Shown here in pieces: positions 33,933 through 34,864 of a stretch of 34,864 bases of DNA (the first letter of the stretch is position 1; each line of letters starts with the position of its first letter). The stretch is from an uncultured virus (IMG/VR IMGVR_UViG_2663763079_000004) (Duplodnaviria; Heunggongvirae; Uroviricota; Caudoviricetes). The notes under the pieces are model-generated. The model worked only from the letters and a program-made list of their open reading frames with translations, made no database searches and was not told the DNA's origin. The stretch covers positions 62,001 through 96,864 of the IMG/VR virus record IMGVR_UViG_2663763079_000004, one strand, 5' to 3'. A program made the translations under genes and the position numbers.

Positions 33933-34864
33933 CGATAAAGTTTTACCCGTCCCGGCTACCGGGTGAACCCCTTGAAACGCACGAGCATGGTGTGCTGACG
34001 CTGCATGAGTGGATGAGCAAAAATGTCCCGAGCTATTCACAGGATAAAACTCATCCTGTCGTGATCGAGCTGAACGGACAGGCAGTGCCCCCGGCGGAAT
34101 GGCCGTTATGTTTGTTGCGGCCAGACAGCGACGTGCGGATATATCCCATTCCTTATGGCACGGGTCTTGAAATTGCCGCATGGGTTTCGGTGGCCGTATC
34201 CATTGCATCTACAGCCTATGCATTATTCTTTGCTCCTAAACCAGAGCTGGGCGGCTTTTCATCCAGTAACGCTTCATCGCTGGATCTGAATCCGGCTAAA
34301 GCCAACACAGCGAAGCTTGGCGATCCCGTTAGGGAGGCTTTCGGGCGAAACCGGATTTACCCGGATTACCTGGTGCAGCCGGTAACGCGATTCGACCCCG
34401 CTGATCCCACCAGAATGACGGTAGAAATGTTTGTCTGCCTTGGATATGGGCGTTTCTCCTATACCGGTGGAGATTTTCGGGTAGGAGAAACTCCGGCGCT
34501 GACCTTAGGCGATGGTTTTTCATATACCAGCTATGGGCCCGGCGATAATGTGGCCGGGGATCGGCGCAGTGAGATATGGTTCAACTCAACGGAAGTTGGG
34601 GGAACGTCGAGCGGCAGCGGCCTCGATATGGCACAGACTGCCCCTGAAGCCAGTGATATCGTTGCTGATGCCATGACCGTCAGCGGTGCCTCTGTCTCGT
34701 TTTCGGGCCTCGATGTCGATGATGATAATGATGAAGACGAGGATGAGAACAAACTTCCTCCTGGCTGGATCGCCGGTGCAATTGTCACCCTGAAAGCGCC
34801 AGTGAATTATCAGGTATCCATCGAGGGCGGTTTTAACGTGCTGACAGGCGACGTCGTGTCAGAG
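33929..34864 (+). CDS. Tail tip / host specificity protein (J-like), 5' part; runs off the window
   Basis: ATGA overlap at 33929; MTIKFYPSRLPGEPLETHEHG..., N.AKLGDPVREAFGR.RIYPDY; read as open to the window end. Confidence 0.85.
   Translation, partial: MTIKFYPSRLPGEPLETHEHGVLTLHEWMSKNVPSYSQDKTHPVVIELNGQAVPPAEWPLCLLRPDSDVRIYPIPYGTGLEIAAWVSVAVSIASTAYALFFAPKPELGGFSSSNASSLDLNPAKANTAKLGDPVREAFGRNRIYPDYLVQPVTRFDPADPTRMTVEMFVCLGYGRFSYTGGDFRVGETPALTLGDGFSYTSYGPGDNVAGDRRSEIWFNSTEVGGTSSGSGLDMAQTAPEASDIVADAMTVSGASVSFSGLDVDDDNDEDEDENKLPPGWIAGAIVTLKAPVNYQVSIEGGFNVLTGDVVSE

Larger units (their letters stand above)
1..34864. mobile_element. Lambdoid prophage (internal part; both ends lie outside the window)
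   Basis: Canonical order: immunity, replication, nin-like region, Q, lysis, cos/terminase, HK97-like head, tail. No host housekeeping genes seen. Confidence 0.97.

Noticed and set aside
34712..34752. GATGAT-rich low-complexity stretch
   Set aside because: Encodes an acidic loop (DVDDDNDEDEDEN) in the J-like protein; no evidence of a separate element.

Overview
The whole window is the interior of a lambdoid (HK97-like head, long non-contractile tail) prophage of an enterobacterium; no att site, integrase or host gene is visible. Left to right: a ~1.4 kb mostly non-coding, highly structured pL leader on the - strand (DicF-like sRNA, repeated RNase III-type stems, boxA, and an inverted-repeat-flanked LprI-like moron); a phage 434-type immunity region (cI, cro, six ACAG-N6-CTGT operators); an SfV/e14-like early-right region (YmfL, replication initiator with iterons, PerC, Dam-type and frameshifted Dcm-type methyltransferases, LexA-like, RusA, KilA-N, DUF968, Q); an accessory block after pR'; the lysis cassette and more morons; HNH-cos-terminase-portal-protease-capsid; and tail genes to a truncated J-like gene, with an HK97 gp15/YebO-like moron before the tape measure. 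The best candidates for undescribed biology are: (1) a 64-aa protein plus an SDH/Clp-fold serine protease preceded by a perfect DnaA box and tandem NrdR-like boxes 32 bp apart; (2) a double-pseudoknot RNA that sequesters the RBS of an orphan TAXI-type solute-binding protein; (3) the pL leader as a possible processed sRNA array with no N gene. All family assignments come from motif recognition and recall, not database searches.
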